Below, piece after piece: positions 12,401-26,348 of a DNA stretch of 64,000 bases. Made by a program: the position numbers and the translations under genes. Source of the DNA: Ptychomitrium polyphyllum (taxonomy: Eukaryota); contig OZ316776.1 of assembly GCA_973851085.1 (NCBI GenBank), positions 8,928,001 through 8,992,000 on the forward strand, written 5' to 3'. The notes under the pieces were generated by a model, which did not search any database, was not told the origin of the DNA, and saw only the letters and a program-made list of their open reading frames with translations. How positions within the stretch are numbered: position 1 is the stretch's first letter; every line of letters begins with the position of its first letter.

Positions 12401-14000
12401 ACAACATTTGGTTCTTCCATTTGAAGACACAGGTCACATAAAAGATGCATGACTGTGTCAAATCACAATGAAACTCCAAGTCCAAGCCAAAAGTAATGAA
12501 TTCATTGGACAAGTTTTTTCCTCCACGATTGCTCCGCAAGGCAATGATTTTATAATCTAATCTTCGACAAGAGCTTCGAAACGCTTGAAGTACATCAGAG
12601 CATCCAATTTTGTTCCTTCATGAAATTCAGCCACACTAGCGCTAAAACAATCTGTGAACAAAGCATAGTAATTTCCTACCAAAGATTGCGTTCACATTAG
12701 ATCGCTAATGTCTGTATAAATTAGCACAATTGGCTTCGTAACCTGATTAGCTAGATTCCTTAAGACTCTTTCTCATGATTGCTTCTTATGCATGCAACTA
12801 CAGAAGAATCATCCAAGGTGGGAAATTATGGCCTACGACTACCCAAATTGCTTGTCCCAAAAATTGCATTTTGCTAAAATTTAGATGACATGTTTGTCCC
12901 TGTTAAAGATCAGCTACAACTGGGGCTTCAATGACATTAATTGGGAACGTAGAGAACGTAGGGTTATTTACAATGAAGGAGTTTGTTACCCTATGCCCAA
13001 TAATTTGATTATTAGCAGATACAAGGCAATCAGTAGCATTGAAAGCTAGGAAATCATTGTTAGTAATAGAACCAAGATAGAGCAAGTTTATGGTGAAATC
13101 ATGCACAAAGTATATGTTAAGAGTTTTAGTTAAATTATGGTTGGTAGAAAGGTTCACAATGTCTTTGCTTTTCATGAGAAAATTATATCTACTAGGCTTT
13201 GCTATAGATTGTATTCTTAGAATGTGTTTAAGTTGTCAATAATATGATAAATAGCCCTAAAATCAATGGTCCACTTATCCTTTTTTTATTCTAATCCATT
13301 AAGTGCCACATTAAAGTAATAAACCATATCCTCATTAGATTTTTTTGTTATCTTTTATACAAGATATTGACATTCATGAATGAAATGTTTAGAAGTTCCA
13401 TACTAGTTACAACATTGACTACCAATAGGATGTAGGTTATTCCATTAATTTCTTAATAAACATTTTAAAAATAAGGAATAGGGCATTAACCATCATTACA
13501 TTAGAATCAAAGTTTAGAACTCTTTGGCTAATGCTATTTACTTCAAGATAAATTTCTTAAAATTGTTTGAAGTAATGCATGACTAACTTTTTTTCTACAA
13601 AGGAAAAATAAGAATTTGAGTATTGTTTATCCAAAAAATTTATTGAATGGGAATATTTCTAATTCATAAGGATTGGTATATCATACAATTTGGAATAATT
13701 TAACTTTGTCATGAAAAGCCTTAATTGTCAAGATTCATGCTTAGTCTATTACAAAATCTTATAGTTCTTTAAAAACAAGAAAATTATTGACAACTTTCAA
13801 AATATTAACTCTTAATATTAGCAATTGTGTGCAATATTTTTATACTTTGTAATTTGTAAAAGTTAAAGAAGGTTGAAAGTACACATATTATATTAAAGAG
13901 CTAAATTTTTATCAATATTTTGTTCTTTATAATCTTTAACATTTGGCAACCAAAAAGTACTTACATGCTCCAAATGATGCTCCAAATTCAAAAAAAGTAT
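9430..14000 (-). mobile_element. Degenerate Ty1/copia LTR retrotransposon (PR-IN-RT-RH order)
   Basis: Minus strand: protease-like WTIDFRAIYHI (~13240-13275), post-protease IYFVHDFTINLLYLGSIT (ORF 12903-13175), GAG-pre-integrase HLNF (~12880), integrase LRSNRGG (~12530), RT VNFFETFAPVV (~11690) and VYVNDILIFG (~11360), RNase H DLDQQKSTLGYVF...EADY (ORF 10710-11003), polypurine tract GAGGGGGAG at ~9589-9597 followed by TGTTGA. LTR ends are not resolved and no matching 5' LTR was seen. Confidence 0.9.
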
Positions 14001-14515
14001 AATCTTTATGTACAATATATTATCAATAGGATTTCAAATATAAGCAAACTTTCTCCAAATTAAAAACATTCAAAATATAAAACACCTCTATCAATGACAA
14101 CAAATCCTACAAATCCTCATAATAAAATTCAATGTTCAACATTATTAATATGTAAGACACTTATCAAACTTTCTCACCAATATACATGATAAGTTTACCC
14201 CCTTCTACATAGTCATGCACCAATACTTGCCATCCTTGTGAAACCCAGATTTCTCAAAGTGTGATAACACGACAATGAACTCTTATTGTACAATGTTCTT
14301 CTATGAAATAATAATAAACTTGATCAAAATTTCAAAAACATTCAAAAAAATTTAGGATTATTTAATTCAAATTAGTTTGATACTTAAACATCAGTATGGG
14401 CCGCGCTATACCTACAGTACTACAATTACTGAGATTCACCTCAATTTCCAAATTACTGAGACTTTCGGGATACATTCGGAATTACTCTAACTTACAGTAA
14501 TGGCAACAATTGCTG

Positions 14516-14593
14516 CACCATTCCTGTTTAAATTGTGACATAGAGAAAATCTACACCATTCCTGTTTAAATTGTGACATAGAGAAAATCTACA
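14516..14593. repeat. Perfect 38-bp tandem duplication
   Basis: CACCATTCCTGTTTAAATTGTGACATAGAGAAAATCTA at 14516-14553 and 14554-14591. Confidence 0.9.
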
Positions 14594-15031
14594 GCTCCCT
14601 GCATCTCCAGGCTTTAGTCAAATTGAAAAAGTGTTTATGCCCTCTAAGCGCGGTGCCCAAGTCTAGTCTAAATTGTAAACTAAATTATCTAGAACTCACA
14701 ACAATCTAAACGGCACCTCAGCATTAGAATCAAATGGAGGAACATTTAAAAGTCATAGTGTCAACCTGACTGACTGCTCAGCCAGGGTTATCGAGATCTG
14801 TATCGAATGCAAACAACAGATGTTTTCACAAGTTCACTGGCATATTCTGGTTTGCAATAGTCCCATATCTCCCTATCTTGACAATGACTATATGCTACAA
14901 ACAAATCTACTCCATTATGCACAAAAAAGGACCTAAAATCAACCAAAGGCACCTCTTGGTTGATAGAGCACTGCCTATCTAGGAATTTCAGTTATCAAAT
15001 TTGTGAAAAACCACAATCACCTAGAATAACA

Positions 15032-18000
15032 TTATCTGCGTGGTTCAGCGAGCATCAAAAATAGTTCTTCGTCAGTATTCGTTCCCTTCTCCACCACAAT
15101 CTCAAGCGGGGTTTTCCCACTATTGTCCAATGCAACTGGAGTTGATCCTCTGCATATGAAATAGCAATCAGTAAAAGAAAAGTAACACTGCTTGCAGATG
15201 AGTTGGCGGAGCCTTTAGAAGTTTTATAATTAGTCAGCAACGACGTAATATATGTTATCAGTAAGAATATATACGGTAGTGGACAGAAATTCAACTAATA
15301 TCAAGAGTAGACATAGGCTGTTCTAAAATCTTAAAAAGTAATAAATCGCTTGTGAAATCTTTACATATGGAGGAAAAAAATGATTTTCTTATTTACATGC
15401 TAAAATGAATAATTTGCGGATTTGTTGGATAAGGAGCAAACATGATCGCATAAAAAATGTACCTCGTGAGAAGGAGCTTCGCACAAGTGTTCTTCCCACT
15501 TACAACACAATGATGAAGGGGCGTTCGACCAAGAGAGTCAGGAACATCAATTTGAGCACCATGTTGAAGAAGTAACTCAACTGAACTCACTTCCCCTATC
15601 TGACAGGCAATGTGCAATAAACTGCAACCTTGGAAAGCTTTGGAATCAGCAATGGACGCTTCGCTAGAACATGGACTCTCAGTTAGGGCATGACCTCGCA
15701 GTGGATTGGAAGCAGCTGAACGGGGTCGAGACACATTCTGTGCCGAGGGAAGGAGTGGTCCACTCCAGTTGCTACGAGAGCTTTGAACCACAGGACCTTT
15801 CCATGAGAGTGCACCTGCCAGACTTGCCAAAGGTGACCGAGCTGGTTCACTAGCACCCATGGCTTGCTCAAAGGTTGTATTGACGTTGGCATCTGCAGTA
15901 ATTAACAAGCGGAGGACAAGCTGCAGTCTGTTAGTCGACACAGCATCCCATATTTGTCGTGCCACGGGAGGGGCCCCTGGTGCAATCTTCAATTTGCGCA
16001 CGAATCTTTTCTCGACATACTGCAAAAGTGATCGCAGTATTAGTTGAGTTTAAAAAAGACAAATTCGGGACACCAATGTATGTCCATAATCATTTAATCA
16101 AGGTCAAACAGGTCCTTCCTGGAAAGAAAATGGTAGAGATTGAAATGCCACAGTTCAAAACATCAAACACAACCATTCGTACAGAAAAGAATGTTATTGC
16201 ACCTTCATCAACACAGCTAACTACAACCATACTAGGGTGAGATATCCAATGAAACTTAGAAAGAATCGTCTCCACAATGGCTACAGCAAACAAAGCCGTG
16301 CAAAGGACAAAATATCCAAACTCCATAACAATCCTTCATAAAAACGTAACACCTGATACACGGGCTTCTCTCTGGTCATTGTGATCTTAATAAAACAGCC
16401 TCATCAAGCTGCAGCTTTTGTAAATCAGCGTACCTTCGCGTAAATAAATTTTTCTTTGACACCAATGGGGTCGTTCGCTTTTGGTTTCACCCGCACAGGA
16501 TCTCTGATAGATCCGTTTCTGTCTACACTACCTCTGTTGGACAAATTTACATCAACGGTAAGTTACCAAAATTTTTGTGTACAAGCACAAGGTAAGAAAA
16601 CGATATCGACTAACTGGTGAGAATACATACACACCTCTTGCCTAGATCCTCCGTGGCTTCAGAATCTGAAGTCAAGAGTTCTTCCCAGATTGAATTAGCA
16701 TACGTATTTCCAACCGATTGAAAATATTCTATTACAGAAGGCTCCCACACTCGAACATCTAATGTCAACGATCGAACCTGCCATTAATACAAGTATTCTG
16801 TGAGACGACACACGAGCATGCGAAATTAAAATCTATCACTTAAAACCGAACAAACTAACCCTTTGTTTCAGACATCATACTAATTACAAATAAAGGCTAT
16901 ACACGGAAGGCTGAGAAGTAGATAAGCAATAGTTGTGGTCATGTCATTAACCTTCTTATCAAGAAATGCAGCCAACAGAAGCCTTACTGAAGACAGAATA
17001 GAACCTTACACTGATGACAGTTCTCCAGTCTTGGCACCAACCAGTTTAAAACGCCAGACAAGACTAAAACATAGAAGTTGAAGAAGCTCTACCTTAGAAA
17101 TTTGCACACTGAGATTTCTATGCACCCCAGAGCACTCTATACAGAGCAGAATTCCCAAGTTCAAAGACGCCCAATCAGGGTCACTGGCGCCGCAGTCAGC
17201 GCACACATCATTACCAGGTACTCTCTGCAATACATCTAGGGGCCTTTCCTGTTGCTCACGACCATGCTGATGCCTTAGGTCACGTCGAGGGATGTGATCT
17301 CTACGTGACCCAGTCGAATACGTTCTTGATGATGCCGTGTCTTCGCTGCCATCATACTCTGATGATGCTGCACTCAATGTACTACTTTCACTGCCTGTCC
17401 GTTGGTGGTGTCCCATTGGACTTCGATAGGGGCGCTGACACAGGTTCAATGGATCGAGGGATATTCAATTTTGAACTGAAAAGAAATCAAGAAAATATAG
17501 AATATGCAAGTTGAGGTAACATCTCAATCGTTCTCAATACAGATCACTTCACACCATTGATGGCAAATGAATACTCCACCCAACTCCGTTCCTCACCTGC
17601 TCTGGTATTTGATTATTTAAAAGTGACGCAATCACCCCAGTGATCTTGTCCACCCAGTCCATTCTGTCAATTGCGTTTTCTGCCTGAATAGACGTGCAGA
17701 AACAACATCAGCATCAGTTATCTAAGACACAGTTGAGGATAGTAATACCATGCAAAACTTCCCATTCCACCAAAGCCCCTCACCGACCTCAGTGAAAATA
17801 TGTGCATTCTTCATAGAACCAATCAAATTCGTTCCCCAAACGAGGGCACTATGACAACCCCAAGAGACGTAAAGGTATGAGTTACGAGCTGAAAGGACAC
17901 CCTAGATATTAAAGGTTGGGAACAAGTACAAACGCAGCACAGAAAGCATGCAAACATGCTGAAATCCTCTCCAACATAATGTGGTGGAAATCATCAGCCT

Positions 18001-21000
18001 GCTAAAACTCTTCTGTGAAACTCTCTACGAGTACCATGTAGGCTTCAACCTCCTTAAACTCGGTAATTTAGAAGGTTAGCTACATACTTCCCGGAGGAGT
18101 AACTAGTACTATTTAGCACGCGACCATGGATTGGCTCAAACATAATAGTCTCAAGGAAAGACATGAACCTGGAGTGTGAAAGTTTTTGAAGGTGATATGA
18201 TGCGAAAACAAAATCGTAGATCTGACTGTTCTGCGTCAATCTTTATTGTTGAAGTCAGAAGACTAACAGTATGGTGAGCAATCGTTTTGTCATCCTGCGG
18301 GTTCACCATGCATAGTAACAAATGGATTAACACTAGCTTGTACCGTAACGACTCAGTGCAAGAGAAAATGAAAACGTGGAATCCACAACGTGGGACTACA
18401 CATACTCAACAATCTCCGCTTGAGTTGAATTTGATTTTGTCCACTTACTGTTGGTTTGCCCCATTGTTTTCGGTAGTAATATAGCATTCCTCTACTATCC
18501 AGTACAAAGAACCTCCGCTTCCAATCGCCTCTTAGATTTGAAGATCTTTTCAAAATATATCCTTGCTTGATAGTTTGTATCTACAAAGAATAAAACATCA
18601 AACAAGTCTCAAATTGCAGATTCAAGCAATACTATACGCAACTCCATATGTGAAACTGCTTTGCTTAAACTACTACCTTTCCTCTGGGAGTGGACTGCAT
18701 GACAGCTTCTATCATCTTGTGTGAACTGCGGCCAACAGCTTGGATTCCATCACCACCTGGCGTGGCGTCAGCACTGCTAAATGAGCGTTGATTATCACAT
18801 TCCATTTGGCGCCGATATTCCTGCATACGGTCTGCAAGTAATACCTGATCGGAATTGGCTCTTTCACGTGATTGTTGCGCATATGTTAGTACCTGGCCCG
18901 TCGCACAGAAAAGTGACTGTCAATTAACTCACACAGGCAAGCAAGCAACCAAGCCTGGCAAACACTAGAATACAAAAGTGGAGCACTACTTAATTTTGTA
19001 ATAAACAGGATAAAGAAAAGATAAGCCGACGGGGACTTGGAGCACGTTCCGCTTTACCTGGTGAATATAGGGTTCCATCTGATGCAATAACTCGTAACCC
19101 TGTGTTTAAACAGACATAACATCGAATATGTTATAATCATCGATCTGTGAACAACTAGACAAGTCTGAAGAGACCTTCAGCGTGCTGTCAAAACACACCT
19201 GAGTAACATATACAAAATAGATACAATATTTACCTGCTTGAAATACCGGAGGTGAGCATCCATAGAACCACTCACAGCTTCAAGAAACTCAAACTTTTTC
19301 TTTGCCTCGATGTTGGATAATGCCGTCATCTGAGATTGTGACAGATGAAGGTTAAAGAGCATATCCTAGCACATCACATTGCAGCAAACAGTAGAGCTTG
19401 CCTAAATAAAGTAGCATACACATCAAGCAGCGCACAAGAGCTACAGCTTCTGCTACAGAATAGGAGATATAATCTGGATAACTCAATAACTTCCAAAGTG
19501 CCGAGAAAGAATACCAGATTAAATCGAGTTTGCTCAAATTGCGATTTGGCATTCCGAAAATCCTGAGCACAAAGACAACAGAGCTCACCGAGAATCCAAC
19601 TTTAGAAAGTGCGAATGAAAAGTCTCGTTCGTTAGAATAAAGAGGTGTCAGTTTCAGCTGATAAGCAATTGCATTTTCATATTTGACTGCTGATAAGACA
19701 CAGTTTGAAGCTTCCATCGAAGACCCAGAACTGCACTTCTATCTTTACAGCAAAGGCTCATCCTCACATACAATCCATCAATTTGTAAAAAGAGCGCTAT
19801 CATACCTCCTCAAAATCCGCAACAACCTCTGACTTCGCATCCTTCTTCAACGATAGAAACTTTTCTCGAACCTGCTCAATACAAGGATACATTCTTAGTA
19901 GCGGCGCATATGTTTTTGGTATGACAGACTTCATGCTACACTAAAGTATACCTTTCTGTTACAAATTCTCTTTGAAATCTCAAGTGGAAAAAAGAAAATA
20001 ACCAAAAAACAAAAAATAGAACTATAAACAAGAGAAGATGATGCGCAGAAAAAATGAATCAAGACAAGAACATGAGTTGTGCTGGACAACGAGCTCAACG
20101 ATATCATTAAATACATTGAGTACTTATATTACTAACGTCACCCATTAAAACCTTAAGGGCTTACAAAACTGTGCAATGAAAAAGATACTTGACAGAAAGA
20201 GACATAACGATACCTGGTAATAATGTAAACTAGCTTTGTCAAAACGCTTTCTAAGTTCCTGCACATTCAATTATCCATGTAAACACTAGTTTCAATGCTC
20301 TAACGTACTGTACGAAATCAAGTTTCATTCAACTCCAACAAGGCTTAAAATGATATTAGTGTTCATAGCTGGCAATAAAGAAGAGGTACTGAGAATTGTT
20401 GAATACGAAATTTGAAAACCAACCACTGAATTAGTGAAACCCTCTTAATTCTATACTGGTGATTTTACAAGGTCTCTGTAACTACAGCACAAAGAGGTCA
20501 TCTTTGCAAGCTAAGGCTGCAAGATCGAGCAAGATAACTGAGATTTAACAAAATCCTACTCGCTTTACTCTAATTGGCCCGCCAAAGACGTACACACTTT
20601 GATGTATCAAGCAAAGAGGGCCGTGATCACAGCTACAAAGCGGAAAAAAATTGAGCCCCATCACAAGCAGAGTACGAAGCTCCTCTCACCAACCTTAACA
20701 TTCTGCCATCAATCAATACAAAATGTTAGTGAATAAATACTTAATATACTTCTCATTAATAGCAACTGCACAAGCTGGTTTATAAAAGCTTCTACGCATA
20801 TAGAAAATGAAGTAGTACTAGTAACGATTATATATCCGAAGCCAAGGAACAGACCTTGAAGTCTTGAAGATCGATGCTTACAAACTGCGTCAAACGATCA
20901 TTCAACATGTGCTCCACCTACAAAAGTCCAACAAATTTTCAGATCATGCTTTACGATACTAAGGTGTGATTTTCTATAAGATTGGTCTATTGGTAGGATA

Positions 21001-22335
21001 CAAATTCTCAAAATCCACTTCAGCTGTGTCAAAGCACATGCACTGCACCGAAAAACTCTTGCACAAAGATAACTTGAAAGTCATGCAAGTTTGCATATTG
21101 GGCAAGTAACAATTCGAAATACTCGTACAGTATCTGAAATTCAGAGGCGCTACGAGAATTCTGGAGCACCTGTGAACGAAGGACCTCCTTGTACGTCCCT
21201 ATCTCTCTGAGCGCAACAGTAAATCTTGTCATCACAGGACCTGAAAATAATTGGGGGCAACAAATCGTAACACTTATCAAAGGGCAAACTAAACAACGTT
21301 ACAGTAGAAACTTGCATAAAATTGAGTACAAATCAAAGTTGAAATTAAAGTTTCATGCTTTTATTAAAGTACAGTTGTTCATGATACGCGGTTCTACTTG
21401 ATAAGGATGAACATAATCTACACCAATAAGCAATACACTTGAACTCAGAAATTGACAAGAAAAACTTAATGTTGATGATTTTAAAGCAGTAAATTTAAGT
21501 CCCAAGATGACGATTTAAAGAAAAGCGAATACTGAGGCTGGTAAAATAAAATCCAAATATTTCTTTCCTATTTAAAAATAAATAAAAACAAGTACAGCAG
21601 AAGAACCTCCAACAACCACACTAATGGGATCATCATGGCCTCCTCCAAAGGTCTCCAGAGCATTTGCGAACGCGATATCACCGTCATAAGCTTCTCCCAA
21701 CCCGTCCCTGTAATACCACAAACCATAAGTGGATTTCAAGATGGTGCTAACCTGTGTCTAACACTTCCCAAATTCAGAAAACCCAGGACTAAGACCTCTG
21801 AGCTTAAAGCAAAGATTAACCGAGGCACAAAAAATTGTGAGGGCATGGTAAACGATCATACGTATACTTGCGACACCCCTTGTAGAAACGTTGACATCGC
21901 TCCCTTAATGCCTCGGCACTTTCCTCAAGAGCCTGAAGCTGTTGATTACAATGTTCAAATCAGCTTAAGAGCCACACATTCAATCAAACGCCTGGAACAC
22001 AAATACCGATTCAAGTACACCCTAACTGGATCACAGATGCCAGGGTACGTGTAGATAATGTCCGAGCACCACTTACAGAGTGTACAGAAATATTGAAGAG
22101 TTTATTTGGTTCGTTAGACTTTTTGCACTGATACTAGATACGAAATCACCATATAGCTACTCTACAACTTAAGACGATTGGTCCCTGCATACTACAAGTG
22201 TTTCAAATTCAGATGAGCGGATCATTTATATTAGATTTCCCTATCTAAGGGAAGATCTGAGTAAGCTGGTAGAGCTTGCCGTGTACGTACCTGCTTCCTA
22301 AACATTGGTGAGTCGTCAAGCTTGGCGAACTGCAT
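15032..22335 (-). CDS. ADP-ribosylation factor GTPase-activating protein, BAR-PH-ArfGAP-ankyrin type (AGD1/AGD3-VAN3-like), 19 coding exons
   Basis: Starts [15 protein letters not shown]. Frame-consistent GT-AG exons: 22335-22291, 21938-21862, 21707-21607, 21240-21170, 20917-20855, 20258-20214, 19871-19806, 19562-19515, 19329-19234, 19099-19058, 18892-18677, 18580-18449, 18294-18169, 17683-17597, 17434-17093, 16777-16635, 16533-16434, 16019-15463, 15149-15032 (TAA). PH motif [18 protein letters not shown], zinc finger CADC-x16-CIECSGVHR, ankyrin motif GRTPLHHC. Confidence 0.93.
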
Positions 22336-25300
22336 GGCTGCACGATTGTCAAAAACTTGACGAGCTAAATTTAATTCCTCATAAATCTGCAGATACCTTC
22401 TAAAGCGGGCTCTCAGACCAGGAATATTAAAGAGTGCTCAGATATCTACTTTCAAAGGGTAATCAATAATACCAACATGTGCGGCTATTCCGCCTTTCTG
22501 AAGATCTCCGTCGCTCCAAGTGGCATGCATCAATTCTAAAGTGAACATCTCTAGACAGTAAAATGCGGAAGGAAGTCATTATCCCAGAATGATAACTCTT
22601 GTGAGCATGTGCACTCTAACTTATTTTTGTCAACGTTCTGAAACAAATGAGTACATCAAATCTCCACAGAATATCAACTTCCAGGTACCTGCCCCAGCAC
22701 AGTGAAAGTGGAAAGGCATGAGAAGGTGATAAGCTGAAACATACTGTGTTATACAACACAAATTGGACCAGTATATTCTCGAAATACAAAAAATTAGTTC
22801 GTAAACTTCCACTGGCAAATTACTACAGCAAAAAAAACCTCAAGACGACAATAATTAAGCTAATCATTGGCTTGTTTTTGCAAACACGAAAGTACCAAAG
22901 CAAATGTTCTGTTAGATTGCTGATAGATCTCCATTGCTAAAAGATGAAATGGCTTCCAAGGAGAAACACCAAATTTCATGTCAAAATTCATTTCGTTTCT
23001 TACTCGTTCAAGCGTGAACATAAAAAGGTCGCATCACATTCAGCACTCTTAAGCTTTCAGACGACTAGAGATTCGGCACGATAGAAATAATATAACAGGC
23101 CCACTACCAATCCTCTTATACTTCCATACCTGCGATATGATTCAGAACCAGCGGCTGCCGGGAAATACCAGAACAACTCTACAATCCACCTGAAGAACTC
23201 CAATCTCAAAGAAGAGAAAGAAAGTGGACCATACAGGAGCCAATGAACAAATAAAAGCAGAAGCCGCTTGTTCCGCAAAACAAATTACAGACAGTGAATT
23301 CAAAACCGAAACACGCAACCGATTCTCTGTATCACACATTACGAGTGCATTTCACAACCTCTTCGGCTCTGCGCAAATATCCAGATAAGGTAGGCCGGGA
23401 TGAGAAAACACGAATAAAAGCTCCATATACTATTCTAGACAATCTAGCGCACGCGCCTCCACTCCATTCTCTATCATGCGCATTTCTAAAAACAGTACCA
23501 TCAACATTCCAAAAAATCTAAAACAAAGTTCTGATTAGGATTTAAAGCGAGTCCGCAACAAAAGCAACCCGAGCCTCTACTCGTGAAGGGGCCAGTAACA
23601 TTGCAAACCGCGCGCCATTACACATAAAAACCCTATATGCATTAGGAACTCAAAAAATTAGAGTAGCGTCATCCAAAAGTCAGAGACGAGAGGGAAAAAG
23701 AGCAGAAAGAGGAAGATGAAGTAGACGAAGCGTACGGCGAAGGCGATTGAGTTGAAACCACAGGCTGGATGCACAACACTACTTCTGACGCTGCAGCTCC
23801 TGGAGTGGCGCCATCACCGCGTGATCTCGAACGAGGCTTGGCGCGCAATCGCGCTGCTGCATGGAGTAGCAAGCGGCAGCGGCGGTGCGGAAGCGCGAGG
23901 AATAAGCTCCGGTGGCTCGTCGCCGACTGCTCTTCTCATTCGCCCGATGCGCAGTCGTCAGAATCTTCTCCGTCGGCAAAATTAAAGCAATCTAATCCTA
24001 GACTTGCCGATCGTCATCGACTACGATCTCCCTCTCTCTGCCTCTCTCATCCGGTTCCCTTCGCGCCGGGTGCCGCATTTGGTGATCTCGCGTAGCGCGG
24101 CCTGGGGGAAAATGGAAATGCAGCCTCGTGCCGGTGTTCACATGGACAATGGTGTGTCTGCGTGTGTGCGTGGAGTCCGAGTCCACCCCCCGCAGGTTCA
24201 CAACGCTGCATTGTTGTGATACCTCGCCCGAGTATCACTCAGATATCACCATAGTATCTCACCGTCACCACACGTGTATCGACCTGGTTTCGATCCAAGG
24301 TGGACAAAGAAAACTAGCTGAGACACCTCCTGCCTCACTTAGGTCGGAAACGCATGAGGAGCTCGAGGGAAGTGCCGTTCTCAGTGTAGGCGATCTGAGT
24401 GAGCCCTGTAGCATTATTATTAGCCCACCTGAAGACCGACGCCCTCGCACGGGCTTAGGAATAGGCTCGCCGCTATTGGACGCGCGTTCCCGCGTCGAAG
24501 TGCTCCGAAAGGTGCATTTTGAACCAACCTTACCGGATTTTCGTGTCCGATGTTCAACTCCAGTTCACGGCAGGGTTTAGGAGACCGTATCCAAAACCTT
24601 CAGAGATGCATGCTTTAAAATAAAGTTACCGTATAAAGTCACCATATGTAAAAGGCGGCTTTGTACTGGAACCGATCGTTTTATCAAAGGAAGTTCTACA
24701 TGTTAATATGCTAATGGTTGAGTTAATGGAAAGGTTGATGTGTCACTACCAAAGAACTTCACAATGTTTGATTTCCATTCTTTTGTAATTTATATAAGAA
24801 ATTAATTGACTTTTGTAGTTAAATTTTGAACAAAAATAAGTTGGATTTTTTTTTTCAAATTTTAATGCAAAAGATTAGAGACCTTCTTGTTTGACTTTTA
24901 TATTTGAGAATTACTTATCTGACTTTATATGTGAGAATTGGTTATCTGACTTGTAATGTTTAGCTAATTTATATTGAAATTATGAATATATTGTAAGTTA
25001 GGACTCTTGCATTTATTTGAGTTTTTTATGCATTGTTTATTTAAATCTTTCTTTCAAAATTACATACTTTATGAAAAAATTCTTAATATTTATGATACTT
25101 TTGTATTTTCAAAATGAATTTTTAAAGAGTGTTGTATTTTTTAAATATATTAGAGATACAAGATTAAATGTTTAAATTCAATAAATAAATAAATAATTTA
25201 AAGTGTCATTGTGTCATAGTTTTTTATAGCAAATAGTTTTTTATTAGCAATTTTAGCCTCTAGATTTTCAAATATATATTTGAAATATTTGCATATATTG

Positions 25301-26219
25301 CCCTTTTTTTAATTATAAAATCCACTTGTAATGAAGAGTGAGTTTTAAATTGCAACAAAAAATATCATAATATTTTTTTAAATGATGTCTTTATCTAATA
25401 TCACAAAAGTAATAAATCATAATTTTGCAATTATAAATCATAAATGTTTATAATATGCTCTAGTTAAATGTCCTACATTATAATTAAAGTGGAACATCTA
25501 TCCATTTATTTTATTATGCACAAATTTTAACACTTAAAAAAGATGTAGAATAATATTTTTGAATTTTTTTGTTTTGATCATCCAATTGAAGACCAAAAAA
25601 TTCATTTCCATATGTTGTTCCATTTTAAATAAACCATTGAAAAGCCTTTAGACCAAAAGTGCATATTAATGGATCAAAAAAGTTTAAGCCACAACATTGA
25701 ATTTTGCAAATGCATATAAGAAGTTCCTTTATAAAATTCAAACGATTAAAAATTTTATTTATTTTTTTGGATTTTGTATGAAATTTCTTTTGATGACATC
25801 CTAATGAGAAATTTCCACCATAAAAATTTTTTGAGAGTTTTAAGGAACTAAAGTGAAAGATTTGATTTTCAAAAGAATAATATCTAAAAGAAAAATATTA
25901 GGACTTTTTGGTAGAACACACTTCCAACTTGTTGCTTGTAAATTATTAAATACAAGATTGTTCCAAAACCCCAAACCATTTCATTGTTGGTTAGTTAGTC
26001 CAAGAATCAAGAAAAAATATGACAAATGAAAAGAATAAAGCACACCATATATAACATGAGTGTTTGAATGCTTCAACTTTAAAGCTCTAACACATTATAA
26101 AATATAACTTATCCATGCATCTATCATGTTATGCTACGATGACATCAGAGAATCTCAAATATATCATTTTAACACGAGGTATGATGTCAAAACGAGTATG
26201 CATTGTAAACCCACATTAG

Positions 26220-26348
26220 GTTGATGTCATGTTGATGTCATGTTGATATCATGTTGATGTCATGTTGATATCATGTTGATGTCATGTTGATATCATGTTG
26301 ATGTCATGTTGATATCATGTTGATGTCATGTTGATGTCTTGATATCAT
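26220..26348. repeat. 11-bp minisatellite GTTGAT(G/A)TCAT, about 11.5 copies
   Basis: Ten complete units from 26220 to 26329 plus degenerate copies; the G and A variants alternate. Confidence 0.95.

Noticed and set aside
14100..14145. Possible 5' LTR of the copia element (ends in TTCAACA)
   Set aside because: Similarity to the PPT-adjacent sequence is limited to a few bases and no PBS was found.
24270..24305. GGTTTCGATCC tRNA-like motif
   Set aside because: No cloverleaf in the surrounding sequence.
23669..24580. Cluster of overlapping 60-150 aa ORFs
   Set aside because: GC-rich promoter/leader region of the ArfGAP gene; no recognisable domain.
26220..26348. Repeat array as a possible CRISPR
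   Set aside because: Head-to-tail 11-bp units with no spacers, no cas genes, eukaryotic context.
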